Positions 36,431 to 48,416 of a DNA stretch of 64,000 nucleotides are shown here, piece after piece. Numbering within the stretch: the stretch's first letter is position 1; each line of letters opens with the position of its first letter. The stretch is from Euglena gracilis (taxonomy: Eukaryota): assembly GCA_039621445.1 (NCBI GenBank), contig CP154954.1, forward strand, positions 31,086,012 to 31,150,011, given 5' to 3'. Made by a program: the position numbers and the translations under genes. A model generated the notes under the pieces. The model had not been told where the DNA came from. It saw only the letters and a list, made by a program, of their open reading frames with translations, and searched no databases.

Positions 36431-38995
36431 GTCTGGCAGCCCGACTGGGTTGAGTGCCTGTCGGTCTGGGGTTCAATCGCGGCGGAATCAAAATAACGCT
36501 AGATAGCCCGCTCTAAGGGATTGGCAATTATTTTGGGGATACTTTGATAATTTTGATTTTTGGAACCCTGAAACAGGCTGAATTTGGGGCCAAGCGTGCA
36601 GCTGTCCTGGGAAGCCTATACAAATTGGTGCAAGGTCCCTGGGGCTTGATTTCAGTTCCCAGTGATTTCCTTTGGTTCCGCAACATTTTATTTTGAAATT
36701 TTCGGTCTTTGACCCAAAATGGCATGTATTTGGGGCCAGACACGCAGTTGGCGGCCTGTCCGGGGTGATAGAGACCCAAGGGCTTTATTTTAAGTCCCCA
36801 TTGATTTCCTTTAATTGGCCATCATTTTGGAGTATTTTGAAAATTTCGATTTTCTTGACCTCAAAGTGGCCCCAAAAGGGCTCAACCAAACAGGCCAAAT
36901 GTACAGTATTTGGCTCGCAATGGTCATTTTATGGCAATAAATCAGGCTATCCGTGGAGTTACGGGGAAAACAAAGTATGGTTGGAAAGGCCGTTCCAAGG
37001 GCTTCATTTTTGGTCAGACATTTCCTTTGACTTCGCTTCATTTTCGAGATATTTTTAAAAAATTCGATTTTTTTACCAAAAAAAAACAGCCAGAAACTCC
37101 CAAAATGGCCGTTTTGGGCAACAAAACCGAGCTGAAACACGGGCAAGGCGTGCCGGCGTGCAAAACTGGCGAATGGGGGGTGTTAAGAGTCTCCAGGGGT
37201 ACATTTGGTCTGGCAGACACTTTCAGAAATAATGCACGTTTTCTCGAGATATTATTGGAAAGTCAGTTTTAAAATCAATTTTCGGTCAAAAGTTTTTGAT
37301 CGAAAAATTTCACCTGGAGAAATAGCACAGTCAAAACGGGGGGGGGGGTTGGCTAATCCACCCAGTTTGGGCCCCTTGTCGGCTAAAGAACTGGGGCCTG
37401 GAAGGGAGTTGGGGCTCAAACGGAGGTGATCCAGAAAGTTGGGATCCAATTCCTTGTAGCTGAAAAAAAAAATTGGGAACGGGGCCAGGGTCATGGTGAT
37501 TATAATCCGCGGTTTTCATCGCAGGGGCATGGTGGTCAGCTTCACTCGGAATAGAGAAGAGCTTAGCGACCCCACCCTAAACCCCCAGCGTCCCACCGGA
37601 AATGGCATCCCCATCCCACAGCCACCCCCTCCCAACCTAACCCCCTCCCACCCTCACCCGAGTTCGTGCCACACTGTGCACACAGCGGCGATGAGGGTGG
37701 CTGGCAACGCTCTTCACGCGCCACACGGGAGCGCGGACACGGCGGACAGTGGTTGGGGCGGTGGGGGCCGCTGACAGGAATGGCGGGGGGGGGGGGGGAT
37801 GGGGTCCGGTCCTGCCAGCGGGGAGGGGGGGACAACAGCAATCCTCCTTGATGCACCCACAATACCTCGAAGTCACCCAGCAACACACACTGACCGTCTC
37901 CCCCCCCTCCACAGGGCTGTTACAGGAAGGCGTGGTGGGGGAGGGGTGGTCAGACCTACCAGGGTGGGGGTTGGGGGTCACCACCTATGCGTCTACAGTC
38001 CTGCCTCTTCGTGCCAACACCCCCGCTTGCTGTCGCCCCCCCCCCAGTCCCCCCTTGGTCAGCCCCCCTGGACAAACGAAATCTGACCTTACACCATCGT
38101 TACAGCCAGAGGGGACATGGGCACCGACCGATGACATCATTCATGGATTCACTTTTCAATTACCTTCAGACCTCATTTCCAGGCATTATTGTTTGAGGCG
38201 CCTTAGAAAAGCCTTAAAACCCCTTTAAAAAACCTCAAAAAATCAGTCTGGCAAAGTTTATCTCCACCTGAGCAAAATTAAAATCTCGGCAAATGGCCCA
38301 AAAAAACAAAATAGCCAGCTCTGCAGGGAAAAAATGATGTGTGGCATCGCTGGAACGTTATCTTTCCGCCCAAATTCAACAAATGGGTGTTTCAACTCTT
38401 TTTTGATTGCACCCCATTCTCTGACAGAACGCCCTTGGACCACCCTTGAAAAATAGAACCTTAAAAATCCTAAAAACCTTAACAAACCTTAAAACGTCTC
38501 AAAAAAACTTAAAAAGTTTAAGAATGTTTGCTTAAAAAATAATGGTTGCTCATCATCATTTCCTGACCATTCCACACTCTTAAAACAACCAGATCCCTCT
38601 TTGCTTGTCCTCTTTCTTTGCACTTTAATAATCGTTTTTTTTGTTGAAAAATGCCTCGTAAACAGCTTTCCCTCGTAAAGAGAGTCATTATTACAAGATA
38701 CCCGAAGGGATGAACATAAATGGTTATGTTTCGTGCCCAGAGGAGGTGCCCCCAGGCCATGATTGGAGGTAAGGCCGGGGGGGGGGGGGGGACAACATCT
38801 GAGATTGTCCACTTCACCCTTAACAAATGACAATGGACTTAGCTCACACATTTGGGCAGTTGAAATTAAAAAAAAATAATGGCAGTTTGGCGGTTTTTTT
38901 TTTGGCATTTTGGAGTTGTTTTAAGGACAGATTTACTGGGATGCAGTATGTGTCCCAAACCTCGTGTATGCGTCCAAAAAATTGTCAGTCTGTGA

Positions 38996-39333
38996 CAGGC
39001 TTTTGCTTAAGGACACGGGGGGGAGGGTACTGGCTAGCCAATCGGCTAGACACTGGAAAAAATGGACTAGCTAGACCCCCCCTCCCCCCCGGGGGGGTGT
39101 CCCGGGGTCCCCCCAACTGGAAAAAAAAAATTCCTCCGGCGCTGTGCGCCGAGGTGGAAATGAGTTTTTTTGAAGTTTTTGGCTGATTTTGTTCCAAAAA
39201 ATCCCAAATTTTTTTCCACTAGCTAGCCCTGCTAGCAGCCCCCCCCCGCCCCCGGGCCCACTAGCCAAATTTGGACTAGCTGCAGTCCAGCCCCCCCCCC
39301 CCCGGGTACTGCAATCCCTTAAGCAGAAGCCTG
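38996..39333. mobile_element. hAT-type MITE
   Basis: TIR CAGGCTT(T/C)TGCTTAAGG; flanks GTCTGTGA / GTCTGTGT (7 of 8 match). Confidence 0.85.
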
Positions 39334-39836
39334 GTCTGTGTCCCAAGAACCACCCATACAAAGAGAATTAACAACAAAAGATCACTCGAAACTTCAATCT
39401 GTACCCCCTGTTCTCACAAACTTTTGGTTCGGAGTTTTGGAAGTCATCCGACATCAACGTAAATTTGCAAATACGGTGGTGTACGCCACGGTGGTGTACG
39501 CCACGGTTATTACCGGGTCCCATTTACACCACTCCTAGGGCCAGGGAGTTAAGCCATTCTCGGTCGTTTAAAATGCCTCTGTTCAACCCCCTTTTGCAGA
39601 GTGAGTTTCGGGTGCTCACCGTGCCCTTCATTCAGTTGTTTCGCAGGCCGGCGTCGTACACTCTTGATTTCCACTAAAAATTTGAAGAGGCCATCAGTCA
39701 ACGGAAAGACCAGGGCCACCGGTTTGTTTTCACACATCGGAACAAGTGCTCTCTTGTGCAGCATGTCATGGTATGTGTATGAGGTGTTCGCGAAGGTATG
39801 TGAAAACTCTGTTTCTATGGGGAATTCCTTAAAATA

Positions 39837-40136
39837 CCCCTGGGGGGGAGGTCCAGCTGGCCAGCTGGAAAAAAAGATGCTGGCTGGACCCCGGGTGGGG
39901 GTCCAAAGGGGCTGCCAGGCTGTAGCTGACTGCCACCTGAAAATAGCCAAAAAAAGCCCAAATCCAGCTTGGTTAGACTTTTTTTGGCCAAGATTTTGTG
40001 AAGCTGCCCAAAAGCACCAAAAAATGGCCATTTTTGGCTATTTTCGATACTTTTGGCTTCGCTGGGCTGCGCACAGCCCAGCTGGGAACTGCTGGCTGGA
40101 AAAGTGCTGGCTGGCTGGACCCCCCCCCCCCCGGGG
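39837..40136. mobile_element. MITE with TA TSD
   Basis: TA|CCCC.GGGGGGG.GGTCCAGC ... GCTGGACCCCCCCCCCCCCGGGG|TA. Confidence 0.7.
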
Positions 40137-41503
40137 TAAGGTGGGGTCTGGCTTTACTCTGGAGCCGGGGTTGAAGACGTGCAGAAAGACCCTTTCAGGG
40201 TTTTTCAGAGGAGGGAAATTTGTGACTGCGTGATCTTTTGCTTTTCAGAAATTGATGCATGACCGGTGTCATCTAGCATGTTCCCCTGAGAGACATTTTA
40301 AACCTTGTTACACATCTTTCCTCCAGCCGTCAGACAGGAGCAAGATTTCGATGTCTTACAGCCTGACAAGAAACCAGGGAATATCTAAACTTCCCCCATG
40401 TCCGGTCGTTAGCACTGAAACTGGTTCCCTCACCTCTCGGTCGCTCTGTCACTCCGAAAATGCCTGCAACTCTCCCCTCCTGCCGACCTCAACTTATCAA
40501 ACCGGTACACCATGGATTTTCTTCCCTGATGCCAATCTCCTATTCCAAATGGCTGTGCAGGTGAAAACAAAAAAGGATTTTTTTTGAAATTCCTTTGGTT
40601 GGATATTTGTCAGTTTGGAAAACAGGAATGGGGTACTGTTTTCACAAGGCTTTGGGGACGCTCCGAGGGCTCCAGCAGGGAATCCCACAAATTCGCGCTG
40701 ACGACCCTGATTATCCGTGATTATTCGTGCTGCCAAAAAAAGCGTCTGGTTTTTCACGTTTCCTGAATATACATTTATAAAAAAAAAATAGAGTTTTGCA
40801 GTATTTTGTGGAATTTTGCAGGAATTTGTGAAAAATTGCTGAATTTTGCAAAAAACTTCATTCTCTGAAGGATGGTCTAGGTGCCTGGGTCAAGCTCAAA
40901 GAGGACTGCAGAACAAAACAAAAAAGATACCTATATTCCAAAGTTGACTCAAAATGCCCGAAATGGCCAATAATGGCCCAATAATGGTAGAAAATGATTG
41001 ACAACTGGCCAAAATTTACAAACTTGGATGGAAAGGGCACAAAATTGCGACAATAAGCCAAAAAAAAAAAACGGCAAAGAGTGCCAACATGCCAAAAAAA
41101 AGATTGATGATGCCCCATTCAGCATGCCATCTTGCCGAACACCATCCACCTGTTCTCCAATCCCATAAAATTTTCATCAGGAAGAAACAGGTGAGGGGAT
41201 GACTCTGATAATGATGATGGTGCTGGTTCGTGATTATTCGTGATTATTTGTGGCACGAATTTGTGGGAATCTCTGGCTCCAGTGTCAGGCGTCAGGCAAA
41301 AAAAAAGTGCTGAGCTTGTCAATAAGGCCCCTTTTTGAGTACTTCACGTGTTTTAAATGATACTCGAGCTGCAAACCATCATTTCTGCACATCGCCAAAA
41401 ATGTGCCACCAGGTGAAAAGACCCAAACAGGGGTTTTTTCGACGAGGATTGAAGTGCAGAAAATCTCAATTCGTTTGAGCAATTGTGCAAAAAAAGGTAA
41501 AAA

Positions 41504-41529
41504 GCTTAAGTGCGAAATAGACCACCTAA
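41504..41529 (-). repeat. Orphan right-hand TIR related to those at 44360, 57575 and 60131
   Basis: Reverse complement TTAGGTGGTCTATTTCGCACTTAAGC; a degenerate palindrome tttgagcaattgtgcaaa lies just inside it. Confidence 0.55.
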
Positions 41530-41624
41530 AAACCTTGGGGCATAAAATTTTTCGAATGAACAGAGGAGGGGACATAAAAAGTACATTTTTTATAGGAAAA
41601 CAACGCGTTAGGGGTTTTCTATTC

Positions 41625-41750
41625 ATATGCATAATATATATGTCTACATACATACATTCACATATATACATACTTTTATACACACGTACATATATGCATA
41701 CATACATACATACAAACACACACAACACACACACACACACATGTGTGTGT
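41625..41750. repeat. (TACA)n/(CA)n simple repeat
   Basis: Direct reading. Confidence 0.85.
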
Positions 41751-43710
41751 GTTGAGGACCAAATTCTGGCGCACTAGTACCACAACAAACGATGGCCAAC
41801 GATGGTAAAGAAAAATCACATCCCAGCACGTTCAATGAAAAATCCGCAGAGAAAATGGACAAAAAATGTCCATATTTTGGGCAAATGAGCCGAGTTCCGG
41901 GGAAAAAAGTGATTTCTGGCATCCTTAGGACCATCCCCCCAAAACGTCAAAAAATGGGTTATTTCAATTTTTTTTTGATGCCCAGGTCGGCCGTTGGCCG
42001 CCCCTAAAGGTAATCTTTAACAAAAAAAGAGTCTGGTTCCTGAAAGACCGGCCCTGTGCCCGAACGTCTAAATGGACGGGAGCAAATAAATTGCGACCAC
42101 AACTGGCAAGCAGCAATTTGCCAAGATGCCCAGCCCATTCACAACGGCGCCATGCGTTCCCCATACAATATATAGCAAAAAGAGGAGAGATGCTCAAGGC
42201 TGTATGGGAAGGCCTTCCGCACCAAGGAGGTGGGTGGAGTCGACACCCCACCCACCACAGCACCTGCGGAAAGAAAACTCCTTCGGTTCCGAAGGCGCCG
42301 AAATTTTTGACTTAAAAATTGGAAATACGGGAAGGCCTGGTGGGAGAGGTCAGACCCCCCTACCCACCAGGATGGGGGTGGGGGGGTCTGACCTCCGCAC
42401 CCACCACCCATAGGGTTGCAGGGATTCCCGTACAGTCCTGCATATGCTGTTGCCATGCTGTTGCATATGTTCAATGGGAACAGCAAGCAAGCAATGCAAT
42501 TGGTGGCTGCATATAAGCAGCAATCAACCTCCTGTAAGTTCAGGATTCTGCTCAAAAGAAACTCTGAAAGGTCCTCCGTTCTGGCGGGCTGGACTCCCAG
42601 ATTATCTGTCTACGGCCGTAAATATGTGGTGGGGGTAATTTGACGTTGTCTCCCCCCAAATTCGACAGGCCAGCCAAATCTCGGGGTTGGGAAAAAATAA
42701 CTGGTCTGTCACACCCTGCATTCGGCACTAAACAGCCTTAAATCAGTGTTTTATACACCCCCCCCTTCCAGGTGTTGGCCAACAGCCGAAACCAGGTGGG
42801 GGAAGAAAGCCAAAAATCTTCGAAATCCCCGTGTATATTCCAAAAAAGGCACAGCCAACTTTAGTCGAGGGAAAATAAAAATACCCCTCGATCAGCCCCC
42901 CCCCCCCCCAAGCACGGTTCTGCAAAATCATACTCAGATTGGGGACCGGGATTCGCAAAATAATCTGATCCCCCTCCATTCTGGCTCGAACAGCTGGCTG
43001 GACCTGGCTGGTTCCCGAAACCTAGCAAAGCCACTCAATCCCAGCTGGCTCAGAATCTTTTTTTTGCCAAAACAAGTTAAGTTGATTGGATGTTTTGCAC
43101 AAAAAGCAGCACTTTCCCGACTATTTTGACCCCTTCCACCTTCCCTAAAATCGGTTTTGCAGCTGGGAGCTGCTGGCTGAAAAGGGGACTGGCTGGCTGG
43201 ATACCCCATCCCCTTCAGGCTGAATTCGGCTTGGGGGGTCTCAGAGTGCTTTGCCACGCAGGCACTAACGCCCCCCTCCAAATAACTTTGCCTCTTGGAA
43301 AATTGGTGGGCCGTTTTTTGGCCCCTGCCCACTGGGCAGCTAATTGGCAGTTCCCAAAACCATTTATGGAACGATTGACCACTTTTCCTAAAGCAATTGT
43401 TGTCAAATGCTGTTTTCATTAATAATTGTAACATGATTTGATGCTTCATACGGTGAAGCATTTTGGAATGATTTTTGTGATTAACGCCTCCTGATTTTCC
43501 AAAAAAGACCATTTTTTTCATGTTATTCCTTGTGAAGGGGGCAAAATAATTTGGACGGATCTTTTCGACCTTCCCCCCCGCAAAATTACTTGAACATACA
43601 AAATTTGAGGGGATTGTGCCAATGGTCGTTTTGGCACCGTTCACCGGCCAGCTGTGGAAGCAGCAGCCAAGTCTCTTTCCAGGCCAAGGGCAAGCTGGCT
43701 GGACCCCCAC

Positions 43711-43968
43711 CATAGATTCACCTATGACCCTGGGGGGGGGGCACTGCTTCCCGCATGCAAGCCCACCCACCCACTTTTTCTCTCGAAAACCCCACCCATC
43801 CACCCACCCAAAATCACCCAAAATCGGCCGAAACCCTTTGAAATTCTGGTGGGCCAAAGACCAAACCATGGCGCACCCCATCACAAGGGGGTGGGGTCCA
43901 GTGGCCCCAGCCACCCACTCTCAAAACCCCTGGGGGGTAAGGTCACAAAGGTGTTGAGCGAATCTATG
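43711..43968. mobile_element. hAT-type MITE
   Basis: TIR CATAGATTC...GAATCTATG; flanks ACCCCCAC / ACCCCAAC (7 of 8 match). Confidence 0.7.
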
Positions 43969-45955
43969 ACCCCAACCCTGGAGTTAAGGAATAATCCAGG
44001 GTGGGAAACACGATTGAAGCACTTCTCATTTTTGGGGGCGCCACAATACTTCCAAAAATAATTCACCGCCAAACCCATGTCTGCGGCAGCTTCCCCGACC
44101 CCCTCTGGTCAAGCCGGAAGGACCGGCATCCTGGGGATGGCACCGGTTTGGCAAACCGTCACCCAGCAGTGGGTTACACGCAGGCAAGCGCAGCAGGCCC
44201 ACCACAAGCCTTTGGGTCAAGCGGCCCCAGGGCACCTTTGGCTCTGTGACCATTTGGACGGGGGTTGGGGACGCCGTGTGGGGTGAGGCTGGGAAGCTGG
44301 CAGGGGACTGACACGAGAAGCCAGAGGTTGGCAGGACAGGAAGGGGGTCAGATCTCCTCTTAGGCAGCGCATCTCGCACTTAAGGGTTTTTTCTTTGTCG
44401 AGGTGCGCAATAACGCAAAACCCCGAATCCGCTCATTGCCTCCGCCGAAATTATTTCTTGGTATGTACGAGAATTAGAAGGAAGGTTCTAATTCACGGAA
44501 GGTTCAAATACACGATCCTAACTGAAATCGCGACTGGAGTGTTCCACCAAATGTGTGTTGTCTGTTCTCCCACAAGTTGTGTTTTTGCGCCCTCACCAGC
44601 GGTACGGGGTATAGCCTGGGGTGTATGAAAGCTACCCCTGGTGGTTGCGCCGGCCAGAATCGACGGGTGCGGATTTTTGGGTTTTTGACCCGGCATGACC
44701 CGTTGAAAGTGACGGATTTGGATGCCTGTCCAAATGGTGTGAGGAACTGTATGCCGTCCAATTTATTTTGGAGGGTCTGAAAAACGTTAAAAATTGTCAC
44801 TTTTAAGAAAAATGGAGACGTTTGGGGAGTGTGGGGGGACCCTTATTACTTGAGTTGTAGAAGGGGTTGGGCAAACATATCACTATGAATTAGAACCTGG
44901 TTCTAATTGGAATGTGGAAATTGGAACGATGATTTGTGTCGATGTGAGCAATTGCGCACATCCACACAAATCATCGTTCCAATTAGAGGGTGGGATGAGT
45001 GGCAGGGTTACGTGATTTTGGGTGATGTGAAATAAACACGTAAAATTTAAATATCAATGTGCGCAAATGCGCACATCGACATTTGAATTTTGTAAGTAAC
45101 GACTGACCTGATAAAATGTGTAGGTGACTGTCGTTTGTGGTGTAGGGAAAATGGAATAACGACGCCCATACGTATTGCATTTAAAGAACCCTTTTTTGGG
45201 TTATGTTTGAAACTTTGAAAGACAGGCAACTGCTGTGAGAGTGTGAACAGCCGACAAGGCTGCTTTTGGGGCAAGGGGAAAGAAAACCGATGGGAACACA
45301 TAGCAGACGTAATACGACGTTGTGTGTCGATGAACTCAACGAGAAAATAAACTCGTGTGTGCCTGTGCCTTTGTGGAACCAATTTTTTGCATGTGCTTGG
45401 TTGGTGTGCGCAATTGCACACACCAACCAAGCACATGCAAGTAGAACAATTGTTTTACTGTGTGTTGCGGTGTTGTAGTTGGATGGGTTATGTGTCGGTG
45501 TGTGCAAATGCGCACATCGACTCCTACTGAATTGAACCAGACGTACAACGTGGTGTGGCATATGGAACAGTACTGTGTCAGTGATGTGTGGAAACACTGG
45601 TGGCAGATGGTGTTTGTTCATTAAGTGTCCTGAATTGCCTCCGGATCAGTTTTGTTTGATGAACGTTTTTTTGACACACAGAATCGACAACATAATTTGG
45701 AAAGGTGACAGCAGGTGCTACGACTGTTATGTACAACCAATTATGCTTCACTTTGTAGAATATTCTGTAAAATTGAAATGATGGGTGCAAACACAGCTTA
45801 TTTGAATACAAATTTTTTTTGTGTTTTCGGTTGATGTGCGCATTTGCGCACATCAACCAAATGAATTTTGAAAATAATACACTGTTTGTATGGGCACATC
45901 ACGGTCTCCGTAAATTAAAGGAAGGTGACAGTCCGCAGCACAGTGCACCGATGAT

Positions 45956-48416
45956 GTGAAGGATGTCGTCGCAGGGCAGCAGCCAGTCCCACCAGCGACA
46001 AATACAGGGGTATTCGGAGGACACCACCCTCTGCGCAAAAGTGGGCAAAATCATCGGACGCTGTGTACGGGACAACTACGTGGCCACGTCCAGGACTTCG
46101 TGGCCGACGTGGTGACCCCCAGCAATCCGCTGATCAACGTGGTAGTGCAGGTGGCCCACACCCACGTACCGCTGCGAACGGAGGGTGGTGCAGCCCTGCT
46201 GGCCGAGCTGCAGGCGGTGCCACGCCGGCAACGCACGGAGCTGCTGCTGCGTGACGCCTGGGCGCTTTACCGTGCCGTGCGGCACCATGCCTGCCCGATG
46301 GCCCCCGCAGCCGGTGGTGGCCCCGGAGGACGTGCCCCTGGAGATGAAGCTACCCCGGCCCAGTGGCATCCACCCCCCGGAGCGGTACTGGAGCGCGCGG
46401 TCTCGGCAGGAGCGGGAGGACCAGAAGGTGAAAGACATCTGGGACCAAATGGCGGGGAAAGCCTGCGTCATGTGGTACGACAACTTCTGGAAGCGGACCA
46501 CCCACTCCAGCGTGCGGGAGCCGATCCGGATGCAGGACTGCACGGCGATGGCCATTATGCAGACCACCCACGCCGCGAACCCGGAGTTACCCGGCTACCC
46601 CTCCCTGAAGCAGGTGCTGGAGTGCGTACCACAAGGGTGGCCAATCGGCTGGTGCGGACCGATCTGCCCGAATTTGCCCAGCTCATCAAGGACGTCACGG
46701 TCAACCCGCTGTCTGCAGAGGAATTCCGCTTTTCCCCTGGATGTGTCCCATACAGAGTGCTCATTTGGGGTGGTGCAATTGACGGAAACGACGTGCTGAT
46801 TGAAAGTCAACAGGTCAATGTGCTTCATGTCGTGAACGAATATGCAATTCTGGAATGAGATATGAAATGTTGGTGTGCGCAAATGCGCACACCGACATTC
46901 TGTATCTCATTCCATGAACAAAATATGTTGGTGTGCGCAAATGTGCACACCAACATATTTCAGAACGATGATATCAATTTTGTACGGTACCAATGGATAC
47001 ATTGTTTGGGGGTGTTTTTTTGTTGAGTGACATAGGATGGGTCGGTGTGCGCATTTGCGCACACCAACCCATCCTGTATGTAGTTTTATTAACAAATTGT
47101 GTGACTAGTATGCAACGTACGCCGCGATGTGTTACATAAAATGGCTGGTGTGCGCAATCACCAGCCATTTTATGTGTTTGTACTGAATTCTGTGGCATCC
47201 CAATTTAGGAACGCGCGGTGAGCGCTGTGCAGTTGAACTGCAGCTCGCTCTCCTGTGTGGCTACCCTTCAGCCTCACGGAGGACAAGGTTTCGTCCCAGG
47301 TGGGCAGGCTGCGGGTGCTACGCTTCCGGGCAGACGGAGCTGGTGCCCCACGTGCAGGCCCCGCTTCCGCTGCTGGTGGACGTCAACCTGTGGTACCAGC
47401 AGCTGAAGGTGGTCTACGGCCGGGAGTGCCAGCGGTGTAACGGCTCGGAGAGTCTGCGGCAGCTGCCCCCGCTGAACGGCATCTGGCACCTGTACAAGCA
47501 GGTGCGGTACGTGCTGTACCATCACCTGCTGCCACTGTTCCTCTTTCTGCAGAGGGGCACCCTGACCCCGGGCTCACAGTGGTCCCAGAAGCCGAAGGTG
47601 CGGACACTGGAGATGTGGGTGGGGGCGATGCTGATTATCCCGGTGGACCGACGTGCCAAGCTGTGTCAGCTCCTGGACACACTGTGCCGAAGGCTGGCCA
47701 TCCTGCAGCCGGAGGTGGCGGGCACGACGCTCTGCCGGCCTGCTGCTTCTCCGAGGAGATCAACGAGGCGTCCCTCAGCCGGCTGGGCACTGCCATGCAG
47801 CAGCATCCCGACGCCACCACGGTGGACGAGGTGGTGAACCTGTTCCTCCTGGTGAGACCCGGAAAGCCCGGGGAGAAGGAGCTCGAGGCTGGTGGGGTGG
47901 ACCAGAAGTGGCTGCAAGGCTGCCTTCACAATCTGGACTACCTCCTCGACCGCAGTGCGGCCGAAGCCCCTCGCGGTACGCCGCCACGACTGGTCTCCGA
48001 CATGGTCACGTTGGTCTCCATGAAGCAGGCGCCTCCCGCTATCCGCGAGAACGTGGAAGACCTGGATGCCGACGAGGCGCAGCAGGAGGAGGACCAGGCG
48101 GCTGTGTCGGAGTGGCCGACCACCTGGACCTGTCCTCCGTCACCGTTGGACCCGCGCTGGACCGAAGGGCGAGCACAAGATCCGTCACATCTTGGAGAGC
48201 ACCTTCAAGACACTGCTGAAGGACAAGCCGCCGACAGCCGACGCAATGCACAAACTGGACCAGCGCTGTGGCAGACGACCTGATGGTGCAGTGGACGAGC
48301 ACTTCAGGAGGTGGGACTCCGTCACTGGTCGACGGGCACCACGTCCAAAGAGACCGGCAAGAGAGAGCAGATTGTCGGTGACACAGTTTGATTGCCTCTG
48401 TGATATACACCTATGA
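45956..48416 (+). pseudogene. Multi-exon, frameshifted gene; possible Academ/DUF6589-like DDE transposase
   Basis: GC3-rich coding blocks about 46050-46740 and 47210-48400 (acceptor ttttag near 47209); motifs VMWYDNF, LLVDVNLW, LNGIWHLYK and FSEEINE in order. Confidence 0.4.
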
